DNA of 64,000 nt from an uncultured Pseudomonadales bacterium (GCA_964429015.1 CAYSAM010000002.1:25158-89157), one strand, 5' to 3'; positions 9,355 to 19,537 are shown, counted from the stretch's first letter. A program made the numbers and translations. The notes: generated from the sequence alone by a model not told the origin.

Positions 9355-10455
9355 CTATCTAAAGCTCTTCACCTTCCCCAACACATAAACAGCGCCTTTA
9401 GTTTTTCCCCGCTTTCTTATCATCTTTTTAGCTACCAAATCTTTAAGATCACGCAAAATAGTATCATCAGAAACCAAAGGTAGTACTTGTCTTAATTCCT
9501 TAATTGTCAATTGTCCTTTAACGGTCAACTCTTCCATCAACGCTACTTGTCTTTCAGTCAAAGCCACAGCTCTACCCGCTTCAGTTTTATACTTCACCGA
9601 TTCTCCAGTCACACTCATCACCCTCAATTTATTTTTCTCACAAGCCGCCGCAAAAACATCCACAACTAGTTCCATAAGCAAGCTCATACCATCTTCAGAA
9701 TCAGAAACCGTTGCCAAAGTATGAAAAAGTTTTTCCTTAATCTTAAAAAGTTCTTCTTCAATAGCACAAAGTCCCAAGTTATAACCACCCATCTCAATCG
9801 TCATCATCATATACAAAAATGCTGTTATCAAGTTGCTATGCAAAAATGGCCTTATCCTCATCAATTCATAAAAAATTACTACACCTTTTAGTACTGGATG
9901 TATTTTTTCTGGCAAAGCTGTTTTATACCAAAGCAAAACATCTTCCAGCTGAAACAAAACTTCATGAGTTTTTGGGTGTGAAATAGCAGAACCCTCAACA
10001 AACGAGTCTTTCCTCCAATCTCCCAAACTCTCAGCAGCAATCAATCTCTCACCAAGCATTTTATTTATCGAAACAAGATCTTTTTCTCCCACCTCATTTT
10101 GTTTAAATTTTGTCGACAGATAAACAATCTGCTCCACCAACCTACTTGCATTTACCCAGTTAAGGGCTGCTTGCAACTCACTTTCTTTGACAACAAGCTC
10201 TAATCTCTTGGCAACATCAGAAGTTTGTTCGTCTCTTCCTGGCTCATCAAAAACAATTTTCGAAACAGTTTCCGTATCCAAACTAATCCCCAAAAACCTA
10301 AGTGAATTTACCAACCTCTTTACAATTACCTCTTTTTTTAATCTACTCTGCCACTCTATAGGAACTTCAATGTTTTTAATAATATTCAAGTCAAGCTCTA
10401 CCTTAATAAGGCTAGTAAGTAAACGGTTGGATATCTCGTACTTAGGAAAAAACAC
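9355..10455 (-). CDS. Fic-family protein with degenerate active-site motif and C-terminal winged HTH
   Basis: IHPVLK...RIRPFLHSNLITA in place of HPFxDGNGR; C-terminal SDDTILRDLKDL...GKTKGAVY HTH; GTG start. Confidence 0.75.
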   Translation of the reverse strand: MFFPKYEISNRLLTSLIKVELDLNIIKNIEVPIEWQSRLKKEVIVKRLVNSLRFLGISLDTETVSKIVFDEPGRDEQTSDVAKRLELVVKESELQAALNWVNASRLVEQIVYLSTKFKQNEVGEKDLVSINKMLGERLIAAESLGDWRKDSFVEGSAISHPKTHEVLFQLEDVLLWYKTALPEKIHPVLKGVVIFYELMRIRPFLHSNLITAFLYMMMTIEMGGYNLGLCAIEEELFKIKEKLFHTLATVSDSEDGMSLLMELVVDVFAAACEKNKLRVMSVTGESVKYKTEAGRAVALTERQVALMEELTVKGQLTIKELRQVLPLVSDDTILRDLKDLVAKKMIRKRGKTKGAVYVLGKVKSFR

Positions 10456-10485
10456 TAACTTTATTTTCGCATTTCTTGCGGAAAA

Positions 10486-11352
10486 TCACAATCTACTAAT
10501 CACCTCTCCATACGCCAAGGGAATATTCTCTGCTAAATCTTGAGCACTAAACATCAAGCTTCGCTCATCCATCAACTTTTTGCCTGCCATCTTAATTAGA
10601 TATGAGGAATAAGCGCAAGACATCAAAGGGTTGTCCTTCGCCAAAAAACCCAAAGCCAATCCTGCTGTTACATCTCCTACACCACCCTTTACCAAACCAT
10701 CACTACCACCCCCAATAGCTACAACTTTGTTACCATCAGTAACTAAAGATGTTTCATCTTTTGTCAAAATTACAATCTCGTGTTTTTTAGCAATCTCCAA
10801 AATAATCTCTGCTCTTAATGAAACCTCACTTGGCAAATCAACACCAAACAACATCTCAAACTCCTTCTGGTTAGGGGTAACAATCGCCCCTTTAGGGATT
10901 TCATTAGCTGCAACCACTTGCAACGCACCACCATCCACAATCCATTTTTTATTAGGAAACTTTTTAAACAAACCAATCGTCAAATCCCGTGTTTTTTGCC
11001 CCTCATCATCACAAACAAACCCATGCTCTTTTATATGGCTTCTCATCATTCCAGGGCCAATCAAAACAGCATCAGACTTTTCTATATAGCCATCAATATC
11101 GTCTTCAGGAATCCACACAAAAGCTTGTACCTCACTTTTAATTTTATTTACCGCCTCAGCATCGTCTTTAGGACTAGCAAAATAAACCATGCCTACAATT
11201 CGAGAACACGCCTTAAGCGACATAATAGGTGCACCATGGAAAAGACTACTGCCACCCACAATTACTACTTGCCCACCCGAAAACTTACTTTTTGTATCTT
11301 TAAAAGTTTTAGAGTCTAAAAACCATTTTTCCTCAAATTTCTCTATTATCAT
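10486..11352 (-). CDS. nnrD: ADP-dependent NAD(P)H-hydrate dehydratase
   Basis: K...GQVVIVGGS...GAP, VLIGPG, VDGGAL, TPNQKEF, GGVGDVTAG. Confidence 0.88.
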   Translation of the reverse strand: MIIEKFEEKWFLDSKTFKDTKSKFSGGQVVIVGGSSLFHGAPIMSLKACSRIVGMVYFASPKDDAEAVNKIKSEVQAFVWIPEDDIDGYIEKSDAVLIGPGMMRSHIKEHGFVCDDEGQKTRDLTIGLFKKFPNKKWIVDGGALQVVAANEIPKGAIVTPNQKEFEMLFGVDLPSEVSLRAEIILEIAKKHEIVILTKDETSLVTDGNKVVAIGGGSDGLVKGGVGDVTAGLALGFLAKDNPLMSCAYSSYLIKMAGKKLMDERSLMFSAQDLAENIPLAYGEVISRL

Positions 11353-11371
11353 TTCATATATATTCTACTCC

Positions 11372-11411
11372 CGTCATTGCGAGGCGCGACTTTAGGTTGG
11401 CCGCGGCAATC
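11372..11411. repeat. CGTC-tagged palindromic repeat
   Basis: CGTCATTGCGAGGCGCGACTTTAGGTTGGCCGCGGCAATC; related copies at 43168, 48566, 53315, 56432. Confidence 0.8.
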
Positions 11412-11435
11412 CAGTCAAATTGATACAATATAACT

Positions 11436-11699
11436 ATGAAATCCAAACCAGCCAAAAAACCCATTCACCAAAAAGTTGCCGCCCAAACGCTAACCCTCAT
11501 TACTACTTCCTTAGGTTTAGTTGCGGCTCTAGCTTGGAACGAAGCCATCACTGAGTACGTCAATATCTACATCAAACCTCGCTTTGCAAACGGCTCGGGA
11601 GTTATCTCTCTTTTTGTTTATGCTTTAGCCATCACCATTTTTACCGTCTTTCTTTCTTACCAGCTCAACAAAATCACCAAAAAAATCACCAAGCAATGA
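11436..11699 (+). CDS. small two-TM membrane protein (DUF5654-like)
   Basis: LITTSLGLVAALAWNEAI motif. Confidence 0.75.
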   Translation: MKSKPAKKPIHQKVAAQTLTLITTSLGLVAALAWNEAITEYVNIYIKPRFANGSGVISLFVYALAITIFTVFLSYQLNKITKKITKQ

Positions 11700-12103
11700 A
11701 AATAGATGGTCTTCTTAAGGAACTGAGAGCACTAAAAATTCCAAGGGATGAAATGGCGATAACATCATCTGGCCCAATTGGAATAAGAGGTTTAAGAGAA
11801 ATAGGCGACTTAGATATCATCGTTACATCAAAAATCTGGGACAAGCTTTCAAGAAAATACAAAATAACCAAAGAGGATAATTTTGAATCAATTTTTATAG
11901 GTAATATTCAAGTTCTAGGAAATGGCTCCTGGTTCACAGATATTCAATATGGTTCTGTGGAAGATGATATTAAAAATGCTGACATTATCGATAATAATAG
12001 ATATGTTAAGCTAGAAAAGATCTTAATGATCAAAAAAATGAAAGACCGTCAAAAAGACATCGATGACGTGAAACTAATAGAAAGACATCTTAACAAGTCT
12101 TAA
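11696..12103 (+). CDS. hypothetical protein, nucleotidyltransferase-like
   Basis: SSG...GLREIGDLDII (DxD) and C-terminal R.KD..D; ATGA overlap with upstream gene. Confidence 0.55.
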   Translation: MKIDGLLKELRALKIPRDEMAITSSGPIGIRGLREIGDLDIIVTSKIWDKLSRKYKITKEDNFESIFIGNIQVLGNGSWFTDIQYGSVEDDIKNADIIDNNRYVKLEKILMIKKMKDRQKDIDDVKLIERHLNKS

Positions 12104-13152
12104 CTCAACTCTACTTTCTTTGCCGACTTAAACATATCCGCATCCCCCTCGTCTGCCGTAGTCACTATAACCTGCCTTCCTTCAGTCACCCTCAAAACCT
12201 CTTGCTTATGAATATTATCTAGTTCTGAAAAAATATCATCTAGTAGTAATAAAGCTTTTTTCTTTCCTCTTTCCTCCAAAAAATAAATCTCACCCATCTT
12301 CATCGCCAAAACCGCCATTCTTTGCTCACCCCTAGAACCAAAAGTACTTAGGTTTCTCTCATTCTCTGTCACCACCAAGTCGTCCTTATGCGGACCCACC
12401 AAGGTGTATCCTACTGCCACCTCAGCGTCTTTATACTGGGCTAGTCTACTTTCACTTATAGTACTCATTTCGTAATTAAGTTTCACCTTTTTAAACAGCT
12501 CACTTTTTCCAAACAAATCATTAATATACTGCACCAGTTCTTGTCTTTTTACCGTTACTATATTTCCGTGTTTAATTAGTAGTCCGTCCCAAAAAGTCAA
12601 AGCATATCTATTTGCTGACCCATCTCTTATTGCGTCGAGTATCTTATTTCTCCTACGTAAAGCCTGTTCATAAGTCGTAATACTGTTTTCATAAATTTTA
12701 TCAGCTTGGCTTAGTAATCTATCCATAAATTTTCTACGTACGTCCGCCGAACCACTCACAAGTTCCACGTCTTCCGGTCGAAAAATCACAATTGGCAACA
12801 GTCCCAACAAATCTTTTCTTCTGCGAGAAACTCCATCAATTAAATACTTTCTTTTATTTACCACCTTGCCCATCACCACTCCGCCATTCACCATCACTTC
12901 AATTTCTTGAGTATCCCCATCCTCCCAGACGATATCTGCTTTTACTTTTCCTAGCTCACACCCAAATCTCACCATCTCTTCTGTGCGCCTGGCTCTAAAG
13001 CTCTCACCCAAACTAGTGAGGTAAACAGCTTCCAATATATTTGTTTTCCCTTTGGCATTTTCTCCAAAAATCACATTAACTCCAGGTTCAAAATCTAGTT
13101 CCTTTTCTTCGTAATTTCTAAAATCAGTTAAGCTAAGTTTCCTTATTCCCAC
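12100..13152 (-). CDS. recF: DNA replication/repair protein RecF
   Basis: FRNY, GENAKGKTNILEA, GPHKDDL, GSRGEQR, LLLLDDIFSELD; probable GTG start at 13152, 6 nt after TATACT. Confidence 0.95.
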   Translation of the reverse strand: MGIRKLSLTDFRNYEEKELDFEPGVNVIFGENAKGKTNILEAVYLTSLGESFRARRTEEMVRFGCELGKVKADIVWEDGDTQEIEVMVNGGVVMGKVVNKRKYLIDGVSRRRKDLLGLLPIVIFRPEDVELVSGSADVRRKFMDRLLSQADKIYENSITTYEQALRRRNKILDAIRDGSANRYALTFWDGLLIKHGNIVTVKRQELVQYINDLFGKSELFKKVKLNYEMSTISESRLAQYKDAEVAVGYTLVGPHKDDLVVTENERNLSTFGSRGEQRMAVLAMKMGEIYFLEERGKKKALLLLDDIFSELDNIHKQEVLRVTEGRQVIVTTADEGDADMFKSAKKVELS

Positions 13153-13176
13153 GCCTAAAGTATACAATAGAACCAA

Positions 13177-14031
13177 ATGAACTGGTTTTTTCTTACCATT
13201 CTAAGTGCTATTTTTGGATCACTTACTAGAATACTTCAAAAAACTCTTTTAAAAGATAAAGATAGCGATCCTTTTGCGTTTGGATTTGTTTTTCAATTAC
13301 TAGTATCTTTTCTTTTTCTTTGTTACACATTGGTTACAAACACTTTAGAATTCCCCAACCTTTCTGGTTTACTTTTAAACATTTTTATAATGGCTATTTT
13401 TTATAGCCTAGGAAACATACTCACTTTTAAAGCATTTAGTCTTGCCGAAGCCTCAGAAGTATCAATCATACTTTCATCAAGCACTATTTGGTCAGTAATT
13501 ACCGCCACCATTCTTTTAAACGAAAAAGTCACCACCAAAAATATCATCGGAATAGTATCGATAGTTTTAGGAATTGTTGTCATAAACTACACAAAAAAAT
13601 CATGGATGGTCAACAAAGGGCACCTCTATGCTTTGGCGGGAGCAATGCTGTTTGGATTTGCTTTCACCAACGATGCTTTTATTGTCAATCGTTACAGCAG
13701 TATTTCTTCATACATGATTATTGCTTTCTCTTTGCCAGCAATTCTGTCGCTAGCTCTAAATCCCAAATCCTTCAAAAAAATTAGTACCTATACAAAAAGT
13801 TCTGTTCTTCCCAGCTTACTTCTGTGTTCTATTGTTTATGCTTTATCGGCAATTACTATTTTTTCCGCCTACAAAATTGGAGGCAAAGCTAGTGTAATCT
13901 CCCCTATTCAGCAAAGCAGCACCATACTTACTGTTATTTTTAGTTACTTTTTACTAAAAGAAAAGGATAAACTACCAAACAAAATAATTGGAACCATCCT
14001 TACCTTTATCGGAGTCTTATTGCTAATATAA
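13177..14031 (+). CDS. EamA/DMT family transporter
   Basis: About 10 TM helices in two repeats, each ending L.EK. Confidence 0.85.
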   Translation: MNWFFLTILSAIFGSLTRILQKTLLKDKDSDPFAFGFVFQLLVSFLFLCYTLVTNTLEFPNLSGLLLNIFIMAIFYSLGNILTFKAFSLAEASEVSIILSSSTIWSVITATILLNEKVTTKNIIGIVSIVLGIVVINYTKKSWMVNKGHLYALAGAMLFGFAFTNDAFIVNRYSSISSYMIIAFSLPAILSLALNPKSFKKISTYTKSSVLPSLLLCSIVYALSAITIFSAYKIGGKASVISPIQQSSTILTVIFSYFLLKEKDKLPNKIIGTILTFIGVLLLI

Positions 14032-14550
14032 CTCTGGGTTCTTAAAAGGAATGAGTGCCAATATAATCGCTGGTTCATAATAAGTAGATCTAGTCAACAC
14101 ATCATCTGTTAATATTCCAACCGCTCCTGTAGACTGTTTTGAATTTGTTCTTCCAAAAACAATGTCGTCTGCTTCACCCAACTCTTTTCCTTGTTTTACC
14201 AGCTCTGCAACTTTAGTTGGTAAAAAGAAAGATCCGCTTCTCCCTTTACCCACTTTGCCCTCTTTAGAAATAACCACCATCCAAGCAAATGCCTCCAATT
14301 CACCACCAACTTCCTCCAAACCACCTTCAATACCCACCCAATAATCAGCCTCAATCATTTTAAAAACATTTTTTGCTCTATTTGTCGCTCCCAACAGTGT
14401 TTCTTTTTCACTCATAGGTTGATCAGATACTTCAGAAGGTGCCGATAACCCCTCAAATTCAAAAACTTCTTTGGGAAACATTTTCTCAAAACCTATTTTC
14501 GTCGTATTTATTTTAACCGGGTTATTTGAAGCAATTACAACTTTTTTCAT
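14023..14550 (-). CDS. yjjX: inosine/xanthosine triphosphatase (YjjX/DUF84 family)
   Basis: ASNNPVK, SEVSDQP, GA.NRA, VGIEGG, ELG, GAVGILT; start moved to ATG at 14550. Confidence 0.9.
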   Translation of the reverse strand: MKKVVIASNNPVKINTTKIGFEKMFPKEVFEFEGLSAPSEVSDQPMSEKETLLGATNRAKNVFKMIEADYWVGIEGGLEEVGGELEAFAWMVVISKEGKVGKGRSGSFFLPTKVAELVKQGKELGEADDIVFGRTNSKQSTGAVGILTDDVLTRSTYYEPAIILALIPFKNPELY

Positions 14551-14599
14551 ACTCCAATTATTACATATTAGCCAAAAAACCAAAAACTATTTAAGGAGA

Positions 14600-14733
14600 G
14601 TTTGTGTTTGTTTGTGCGATATTTTGCAAGGTGCGTAAAGCAGGCCCCCTGCAAAGTCAGGGGTTTACGCACCGCAAACAAGAAAATTTTCTCGCAGGGA
14701 AAATCTTTCGGTCGCCAACAAATAAACACAAAC
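14600..14733. other. branched inverted-repeat element (unidentified structured RNA or miniature mobile element)
   Basis: 15-bp terminal inverted repeat enclosing two internal hairpins; no family recognised. Confidence 0.55.
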
Positions 14734-14775
14734 GATCATATTAAATACTTTTTGCGATACTTCGAATCAAAAAAA

Positions 14776-15639
14776 TCAAATCTGACAATCTGGGCAGTAA
14801 AAAGTTCCCCTGCCCCCAAGTTTAACTTTTACAATCTTTCCACCACAATTTTTACAGGGCTGCCCCTCTCGCTTATAAGTTAAAAAGAAATTCTGATATG
14901 TTCCCCCCAAACCCTTGGTGTCTACATAATTTGCCGCGCTAGCACCCCCACACTCAATTCCCAAATTAATTACAAACCTCACAGCCTCATAAAGCTTTTT
15001 GGCTTCCTCTTTAGTCAATTCACACGCCTTTCTAGTAGGTAATATTTTTGCCATATTCAAAGCATCATTAGCATAGATATTTCCAATCCCTCCCATCAAC
15101 AGCTGATCAAGTAACACTATTTTTATTGGTCTTTTGTTTTTAATGAGTACCTTTTCAAAGTAATCCAAACTAAACTCCTCATCTACTACATCCGGCACTT
15201 TTTTAATCTGTAAACTGTTATCTGCCAGCTGTAAACTTACTACTCTCATCCACCCAAAAGCTCTCATATCATTAAAAAACAAAGCAGAATTGTCATCAAA
15301 AACAATCTCTATTCTTGTGTGCTTGCTAGGTAAACTATTAACCCAATCAGCACTAGGATGCCCACCCACAATTCTCTTTCCCTCACTTTGAGTTCTCTCT
15401 ATGTATATCAACTGCCCAGTCATCTTTAGGTGAACCTGAACAATAAAATCTGCATTTTCTAGCTCTATCTCCACCATCTTTGCTACTCTTCCAATTCTTT
15501 TAATTTTTCCACCCACAAGAATCTCTTTGTCACCAACGAAATTTTTATCCCTATAAACCTTCACCGTACAAATCACTCTCCCAACCAAAAAATTATTTAA
15601 CTGCCTTGCAATAGTTTCTACTTCTGGTAACTCTGGCAT
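14776..15639 (-). CDS. mutM: formamidopyrimidine-DNA glycosylase
   Basis: MPELPEVE, HLKMTG, GIGNIYA, C-terminal CxxC...CPDCQ zinc finger. Confidence 0.97.
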   Translation of the reverse strand: MPELPEVETIARQLNNFLVGRVICTVKVYRDKNFVGDKEILVGGKIKRIGRVAKMVEIELENADFIVQVHLKMTGQLIYIERTQSEGKRIVGGHPSADWVNSLPSKHTRIEIVFDDNSALFFNDMRAFGWMRVVSLQLADNSLQIKKVPDVVDEEFSLDYFEKVLIKNKRPIKIVLLDQLLMGGIGNIYANDALNMAKILPTRKACELTKEEAKKLYEAVRFVINLGIECGGASAANYVDTKGLGGTYQNFFLTYKREGQPCKNCGGKIVKVKLGGRGTFYCPDCQI

Positions 15640-16749
15640 TTATTTGTCTGTAATCGCCCACTTAATTACCCTCTTTATCTCACTCAAAAATCTTTTTTCA
15701 GAAAAAATCAAAGCTCGCTTTTGCAACATACTTTTTTTCCACTTAGTTTTCAGAACTTTTTGTATTGCAATCTCCAAAGTTTTTTCATCTGTATCATTTA
15801 CCAAAACGCCAGTCTTCCCGTCCAAAACTGATTCTTTAAACCCACCACCATTAAAAGCAATTACCGGAGTTCCCGAAGCCATTGCCTCCACCGGAGTAAC
15901 TCCAAAGTCTTCTTCACGCGCCAGAGCTATAAATCCAGTTGCCTTTGCATATAATCTTGGTAGCTTCAAATCACTAACTCTACCCAACAACTCAACTCCT
16001 TTAATCTTTGTCAACTTCCTTTTTATATCCGAAAACCCAACCGACTCTCCCGATATCTTCAGTTTATATCCTAGTTTTCTTATTGCTTCTGCAGTTTCTA
16101 CAATTCCCTTGGCACCCACCAATCGTGATACTATCAAAAAATACCCCTCTTTCTTTATACCTCTAGATTTTCTTATAAACTCTTCCGACCGTACAGGTGG
16201 ATACACAACCACTGCCTCTTTTCTATAAAATTTCCAAATTCTTTTCTTTACATTTTCTGAGTTTGCAATCCAAAAATTAACTCTCTGCGAACTCCATAAA
16301 TCAAATATTCTCAAAAAATGGTTGACAATAACAGCATAGACTCTCACAATCCAAAATTTTTGCAAATTTATACTAGTTTCGTATCCATACAAAAATCTAG
16401 GAGGTGTGTGACAGTATGCAACCACAGTAGCTTCCTTTCTCACTCGAAATCCTCTTGCAAAATATGAAGAACAAGAAGTAATTACCAAATCATAATCTCT
16501 AAGATCAATACTCCACCAAACCAAAGGTGCCAAAAATCGAAGGGGGCTATATAAATTAAAATGCTTAAGCAGCCAGCCAAACTTACTTTCAACTATCTTT
16601 CTGTCCCCAAACTCCTTTGCGCAAACTGAATTTGTTTTTACAAAAGAAGTATATATTGGTGCCTCAGGGTACACATTTGCTAGCTGCCTCAAAACTCTTT
16701 CAGCTCCCCCAAACTCCTTAATATAATCGTGAACAAGTGCTACTTTCAT
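15640..16749 (-). CDS. glycosyltransferase family 4
   Basis: MKVALVHDY...GGAERV, YCHTP, EDFGVTPVEAMASGTPVIA. Confidence 0.93.
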   Translation of the reverse strand: MKVALVHDYIKEFGGAERVLRQLANVYPEAPIYTSFVKTNSVCAKEFGDRKIVESKFGWLLKHFNLYSPLRFLAPLVWWSIDLRDYDLVITSCSSYFARGFRVRKEATVVAYCHTPPRFLYGYETSINLQKFWIVRVYAVIVNHFLRIFDLWSSQRVNFWIANSENVKKRIWKFYRKEAVVVYPPVRSEEFIRKSRGIKKEGYFLIVSRLVGAKGIVETAEAIRKLGYKLKISGESVGFSDIKRKLTKIKGVELLGRVSDLKLPRLYAKATGFIALAREEDFGVTPVEAMASGTPVIAFNGGGFKESVLDGKTGVLVNDTDEKTLEIAIQKVLKTKWKKSMLQKRALIFSEKRFLSEIKRVIKWAITDK

Positions 16750-17666
16750 ACAAATATATCTACAACATCTTTTTCAAACTTTTCTTCAGGTAATTTTCCC
16801 AGTAAACTCTTAAAGTTTAGTTCTGTTAGTAAGTCCGTCACCTTCTTTTTATCATAGTCACTCATCAAACATTTATCCCAATCAAAGTCCAGTGGCACCT
16901 CTCTAAAAATTTCTGCCAAATGTCTACTCTTATCTGCCATCTCTCTGTCATCTTCCAACAACATTCTAGTTCTCGGGGCAATTTTTGTACTTTCAATATT
17001 TTTATATATTTCTTCTACACTTCCAAAATCTTTAACTAATTTAGTGGCGGTTACCTTACCAACCCCTTTAACACCAGGAATATTATCAGATGGATCACCC
17101 ATCAAACCTTTCAAGTCTATAATTTGTTTTGGTTTCATTCCATAAACTTCCATCACTTTGTCTTCATCAAAAACCACTGATTGAGAATATTTATTCTGAA
17201 TCGGTAAGTATACTACCACTTTTTTCTCTTCAATTAATTGAAGAGCATCTCTGTCTCCTGTTACTATCACCACTTGTACACCTACATCATTTTGATTTTT
17301 TTCAAACGCAACTTTCGATATTGTCCCAATAATATCATCCGCTTCATATCCCTCAATCCCAAACTGGGGAATATTTAAGGCTTCAACAACTTCTTTTGTT
17401 CTGTCTATCTGTTGCACCAAACTTTCATCCATGGGAGCTCGCTGAGCTTTATAATCCTCAAACTCTTTCTTCCTGAAGGTAGGTCCTTTTACATCCCAAG
17501 CCACAATTACATGAGTTGGTGAAAGTTTATCAATAACCGAAAAAAGCAAAGTTGTAAATCCGTACACTGCCCCAACCAACTCACCTTTAGGGGTCGTAAA
17601 AGGCGGATATGCATGAAAGGCTCTATGTAATAGTGCGTTACCATCTATAAGTATTAGTTTCTTCAT
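16746..17666 (-). CDS. stand-alone 5'-3' exonuclease (PolI N-terminal/flap endonuclease domain)
   Basis: LIDGNALLHRAFHA, GYEADDIIGT, TGDRD, GDPSDNIPGVKGVG; ends at 306 aa with no polymerase domain. Confidence 0.92.
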   Translation of the reverse strand: MKKLILIDGNALLHRAFHAYPPFTTPKGELVGAVYGFTTLLFSVIDKLSPTHVIVAWDVKGPTFRKKEFEDYKAQRAPMDESLVQQIDRTKEVVEALNIPQFGIEGYEADDIIGTISKVAFEKNQNDVGVQVVIVTGDRDALQLIEEKKVVVYLPIQNKYSQSVVFDEDKVMEVYGMKPKQIIDLKGLMGDPSDNIPGVKGVGKVTATKLVKDFGSVEEIYKNIESTKIAPRTRMLLEDDREMADKSRHLAEIFREVPLDFDWDKCLMSDYDKKKVTDLLTELNFKSLLGKLPEEKFEKDVVDIFV

Positions 17667-19523
17667 TTATTCAAATGAGCCTTTGCTCACACCTACTATC
17701 TCTTCAAATTCTTCTTGCTCCATGGTTTCCACCTCCACAAGTTTCGAAGAAAGCTTATCCAACAGTTTCTTGTGTTTTTTAACCACTTTTTCTGCCAAGC
17801 TGTAAGCTTCATCGATTTTTTTCTTAATCTCTAGATCTACTTTTGTCTGGGTCGATTCAGACAATTTACCAGATTCACCAGAAGTGTACCCCCAAGCGTT
17901 ACTCTCTATAGTTTGGCTCAAAGAAATTGGTCCTAAAACACTCATCCCAAAGTCAATTACCATTCTTCTAGCCACCATTGTTGCTCTCTCTATGTCATTA
18001 CTAGCTCCAGCTGTTAGTTCATTAAACACAAGCTTTTCTGCCGCCCTTCCAGCAAGCATCATCGCCATTTCATGTTTCAATTCACTTTCTGTTTGCTGGT
18101 ATTTATCCGTTTTTGGTCTACTCATAGTAAAACCAAGGGCCATTCCTCGAGAAACAATACTAATTCTGTGAATAGGATCAGTTCCCGAGAGCATGTGCCC
18201 CACCAAAGCGTGTCCCATTTCGTGATATGCTGTCATCTTTTTTTCAAGCTCACTAGACAACCTTCTTCTTTCTGGTCCCATCTTTACTTTTAAGCTTGCC
18301 TCTGCAATATCCTTCATTCCAATTTCTTTATTGTTGTCTCTTGCGGTCAATATAGCCGATTCATTCAACATATTTTCCAAGTCTGCACCAGAGAACCCCA
18401 CCGTGCTTTGAGCTACTTTATCCCAATTTACTGTTTTTGCAAACGGTTTACCTTTTTTATGTATCTCCAATATTTCTTTTCTACCTTTAATATCAGGCAA
18501 ATCCAAAGTTACTCGTCTATCAAATCTTCCTGGGCGAACTAATGCCGGATCTAGCACATCAGGTCTGTTTGTAGCGGCCATTACAATTACGTTTTCATTT
18601 TTCGAAAATCCATCCATCTCTACCAAAATTTGGTTTAGAGTTTGTTCGCGTTCATCATGACCACCCATACCACCACTTGCTCCACGAGCCCTGCCAATTG
18701 CATCCATTTCATCAATAAAAATTATCGATGGGGCAGCTTTTTTTGCCGTATCAAAAAGATCTCTTACTCTACTTGCTCCTACACCCACCAACATCTCCAT
18801 AAACTCAGATCCGGCCATAGAGAAAAACGGTACACCCGCTTCTCCAGCTACAGCTCTAGCCAGTAATGTTTTACCAACTCCAGCTGGTCCTGTCAAAAGA
18901 ACTCCTTTTGGTGTTCTCGCTCCAAGATCGACATATTTTTTTGAGTTTTTCAAAAAATCTACCACTTCCTCTAGTTCTTTTTTTGCCTCATCTACTCCAG
19001 CTACATCAGAAAACTTCACACTCTGTTTACCTTTAGCAAAAAGTTTTGCCTTGCTCTTACCAATACCGAACATGTCCACATTTCCTCCTTGTTTTTTCAT
19101 CATAAAAAACATCAATAAACCAAATCCTAGTATAGGAAGCAACAAAGAAAACATATCCCAAAATGCTTTGCCAAAGTCTTGCGAAACCACTTCAATTTTC
19201 ACCTTACTTTCGTCAATTCCTGCCTTCTGTAGTTGATCTACAAAACTAGAACCTTCCTCTTTTCGCGAAATACCGAGTGGCTCTACCCCTTTATCATCTT
19301 TAGGGTAATAAACCATAATATCGTCCCCTCTAATTTGTACCGTAGTAATTTTTCCTTGTTTTATTTCAGTAATTACTTCCGATAAAGACAAGTTTTTTAC
19401 CAATCCAGTGCTACCCAAAAACAGTTTTATTATGCTAGGAACAAACAAAAACAAAATCAACACCCACATCAAAATTCTTTTCAAATTAAAGTTTACTTTT
19501 AGTTCAATTTTTTTAGTTTGCAT
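17667..19523 (-). CDS. ftsH: ATP-dependent zinc metalloprotease FtsH
   Basis: Two TM helices, [26 protein letters not shown]. Confidence 0.97.
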   Translation of the reverse strand: MQTKKIELKVNFNLKRILMWVLILFLFVPSIIKLFLGSTGLVKNLSLSEVITEIKQGKITTVQIRGDDIMVYYPKDDKGVEPLGISRKEEGSSFVDQLQKAGIDESKVKIEVVSQDFGKAFWDMFSLLLPILGFGLLMFFMMKKQGGNVDMFGIGKSKAKLFAKGKQSVKFSDVAGVDEAKKELEEVVDFLKNSKKYVDLGARTPKGVLLTGPAGVGKTLLARAVAGEAGVPFFSMAGSEFMEMLVGVGASRVRDLFDTAKKAAPSIIFIDEMDAIGRARGASGGMGGHDEREQTLNQILVEMDGFSKNENVIVMAATNRPDVLDPALVRPGRFDRRVTLDLPDIKGRKEILEIHKKGKPFAKTVNWDKVAQSTVGFSGADLENMLNESAILTARDNNKEIGMKDIAEASLKVKMGPERRRLSSELEKKMTAYHEMGHALVGHMLSGTDPIHRISIVSRGMALGFTMSRPKTDKYQQTESELKHEMAMMLAGRAAEKLVFNELTAGASNDIERATMVARRMVIDFGMSVLGPISLSQTIESNAWGYTSGESGKLSESTQTKVDLEIKKKIDEAYSLAEKVVKKHKKLLDKLSSKLVEVETMEQEEFEEIVGVSKGSFE

Positions 19524-19537
19524 ATTTATTTATCTAA

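Noticed and set aside
14602-14883. 93-aa plus-strand ORF over the branched hairpin
   Set aside because: Non-ATG start, overlaps mutM antisense, and the sequence is better explained by base-pairing symmetry
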